Below, in pieces: positions 24,606 to 25,443 of a stretch of 25,443 bases of DNA. Where the stretch lies: positions 1-25,443 of the IMG/VR virus record IMGVR_UViG_3300030419_001308. One strand, written 5' to 3'. A model generated the notes under the pieces. That model was given only the letters and a program-made list of their open reading frames with translations, had not been told where the DNA came from and searched no databases. Within the stretch, counting starts at the first letter, position 1, and each line of letters starts with the position of its first letter. A program made the position numbers and the translations under genes. Source of the stretch: a virus. Taxonomy: Duplodnaviria > Caudoviricetes.

Positions 24606-25443
24606 TGGCATTGACAGAACAAGCTAAAGCAAGATTAAGAACTAATGTTCAAAAAAAATTTGGTGCATCATTTCCAAGTGCTTTGATAGATATTTATATA
24701 GATGCTTTTATTGCAAACAATCAAGATGCTAATGAGGCAATTATAGCTATGAGACAATCAACAGAATATCAAACTAGCTTTCCTGGGAACATAAATCCTG
24801 ATGGTGTATCTGTAAAATATAGTGAATCAGAGTATCTTAATTTAGTAGATGCTTACAAAAGAAAGATAGAATCAATAGGCTTAAATGCAGATTTAATTCT
24901 TACACAAGACAGAATAGAAACATTGATTACAAATGTTGTTAGTAATGTAGAGTTTGGTAAAAGAATAAATCAAGTTTATCAACAGGTAGTTACAGCTATA
25001 CCTGAAGTAAAACAATTCTATCAAGAAACTTTTGGTAAGACACTTACAGATGCAGAGATTATAGCTAGTGCTATAGACCCACAGATAAGTCAAGACTTAC
25101 AGACTGGTGCTATAACAGGAGCAGATATAATATCACAAAATATTCTTCGTGCAGAGATTGGTGGTGAGGCTTTGTTAGCAGGGGTTGACATAGATGTACA
25201 ACAAGCAGAACAATTAAGACAACAAGGTTTATCCAGGCAACAAGCAAGACAAGGATTCCAAGCAGCACCATCATTTTTAGCTATGGCTAGAAGACAAGGT
25301 AGAACAGGCGTATCTGCTACAGATGTAGTTGAGGCTACACAATTAGGTATTCAAGAACAACAAGTAAGATTAGGAAGAATAGCAGGACAGTCTGAACAAG
25401 AGAGTGCAGCAAGACTTGGAGCAGCACGAGCAAGAACTGGTGA
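24605..25443 (+). CDS. Partial gene running off the window (MALTEQAKARLRTNVQKKFG...EYQTSFPGN...SESEYL...), probable virion protein; not in ORF track
   Basis: TAATG coupling, SD AGGAG; frame read by hand at both ends and appears open to the window end (>279 codons). Confidence 0.8.
   Translation, partial: MALTEQAKARLRTNVQKKFGASFPSALIDIYIDAFIANNQDANEAIIAMRQSTEYQTSFPGNINPDGVSVKYSESEYLNLVDAYKRKIESIGLNADLILTQDRIETLITNVVSNVEFGKRINQVYQQVVTAIPEVKQFYQETFGKTLTDAEIIASAIDPQISQDLQTGAITGADIISQNILRAEIGGEALLAGVDIDVQQAEQLRQQGLSRQQARQGFQAAPSFLAMARRQGRTGVSATDVVEATQLGIQEQQVRLGRIAGQSEQESAARLGAARARTG

Noticed and set aside
7004-25093. Minus-strand ORFs within the late region
   Set aside because: All lie antisense to the tightly coupled plus-strand genes
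1-25443. Stop-codon reassignment
   Set aside because: Standard code gives dense, abutting ORFs up to 2070 aa, with both TAA and TGA used as stops

Overview
AT-rich tailed dsDNA phage fragment, probably podovirus-like, spanning the divergent junction between a leftward early region and a rightward late region. The early region (1-5778, minus strand) holds about 17 short ORFs, including a Rad52/Sak-like annealing protein, a PD-(D/E)XK nuclease, an HTH protein and Zn-finger peptides. The late region (6615-end, plus strand) holds six tiny Lys/Arg-rich ORFs and a Zn-ribbon ORF, a terminase large subunit with an N-terminal Zn-finger/HTH extension, a portal, a 2070-aa and other probable internal/ejection virion proteins, and a GH24 lysozyme. 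The most unusual features are non-coding. (i) Six copies of an ECF-sigma-like bipartite motif, TGTAAC(C/T)-N16/17-GTC(T/A)AA, head early gene cassettes whose junctions share longer exact repeats. (ii) Two candidate plus-strand small RNAs in the intergenic region display sequences antisense to the ribosome-binding sites of those early genes. (iii) Two pairs of NrdR-box-like palindromes flank a G-run/(GTGTA)n tract. A low-GC Gram-positive or actinobacterial host is an inference only. All protein calls come from motif recognition by eye; no database search was run.
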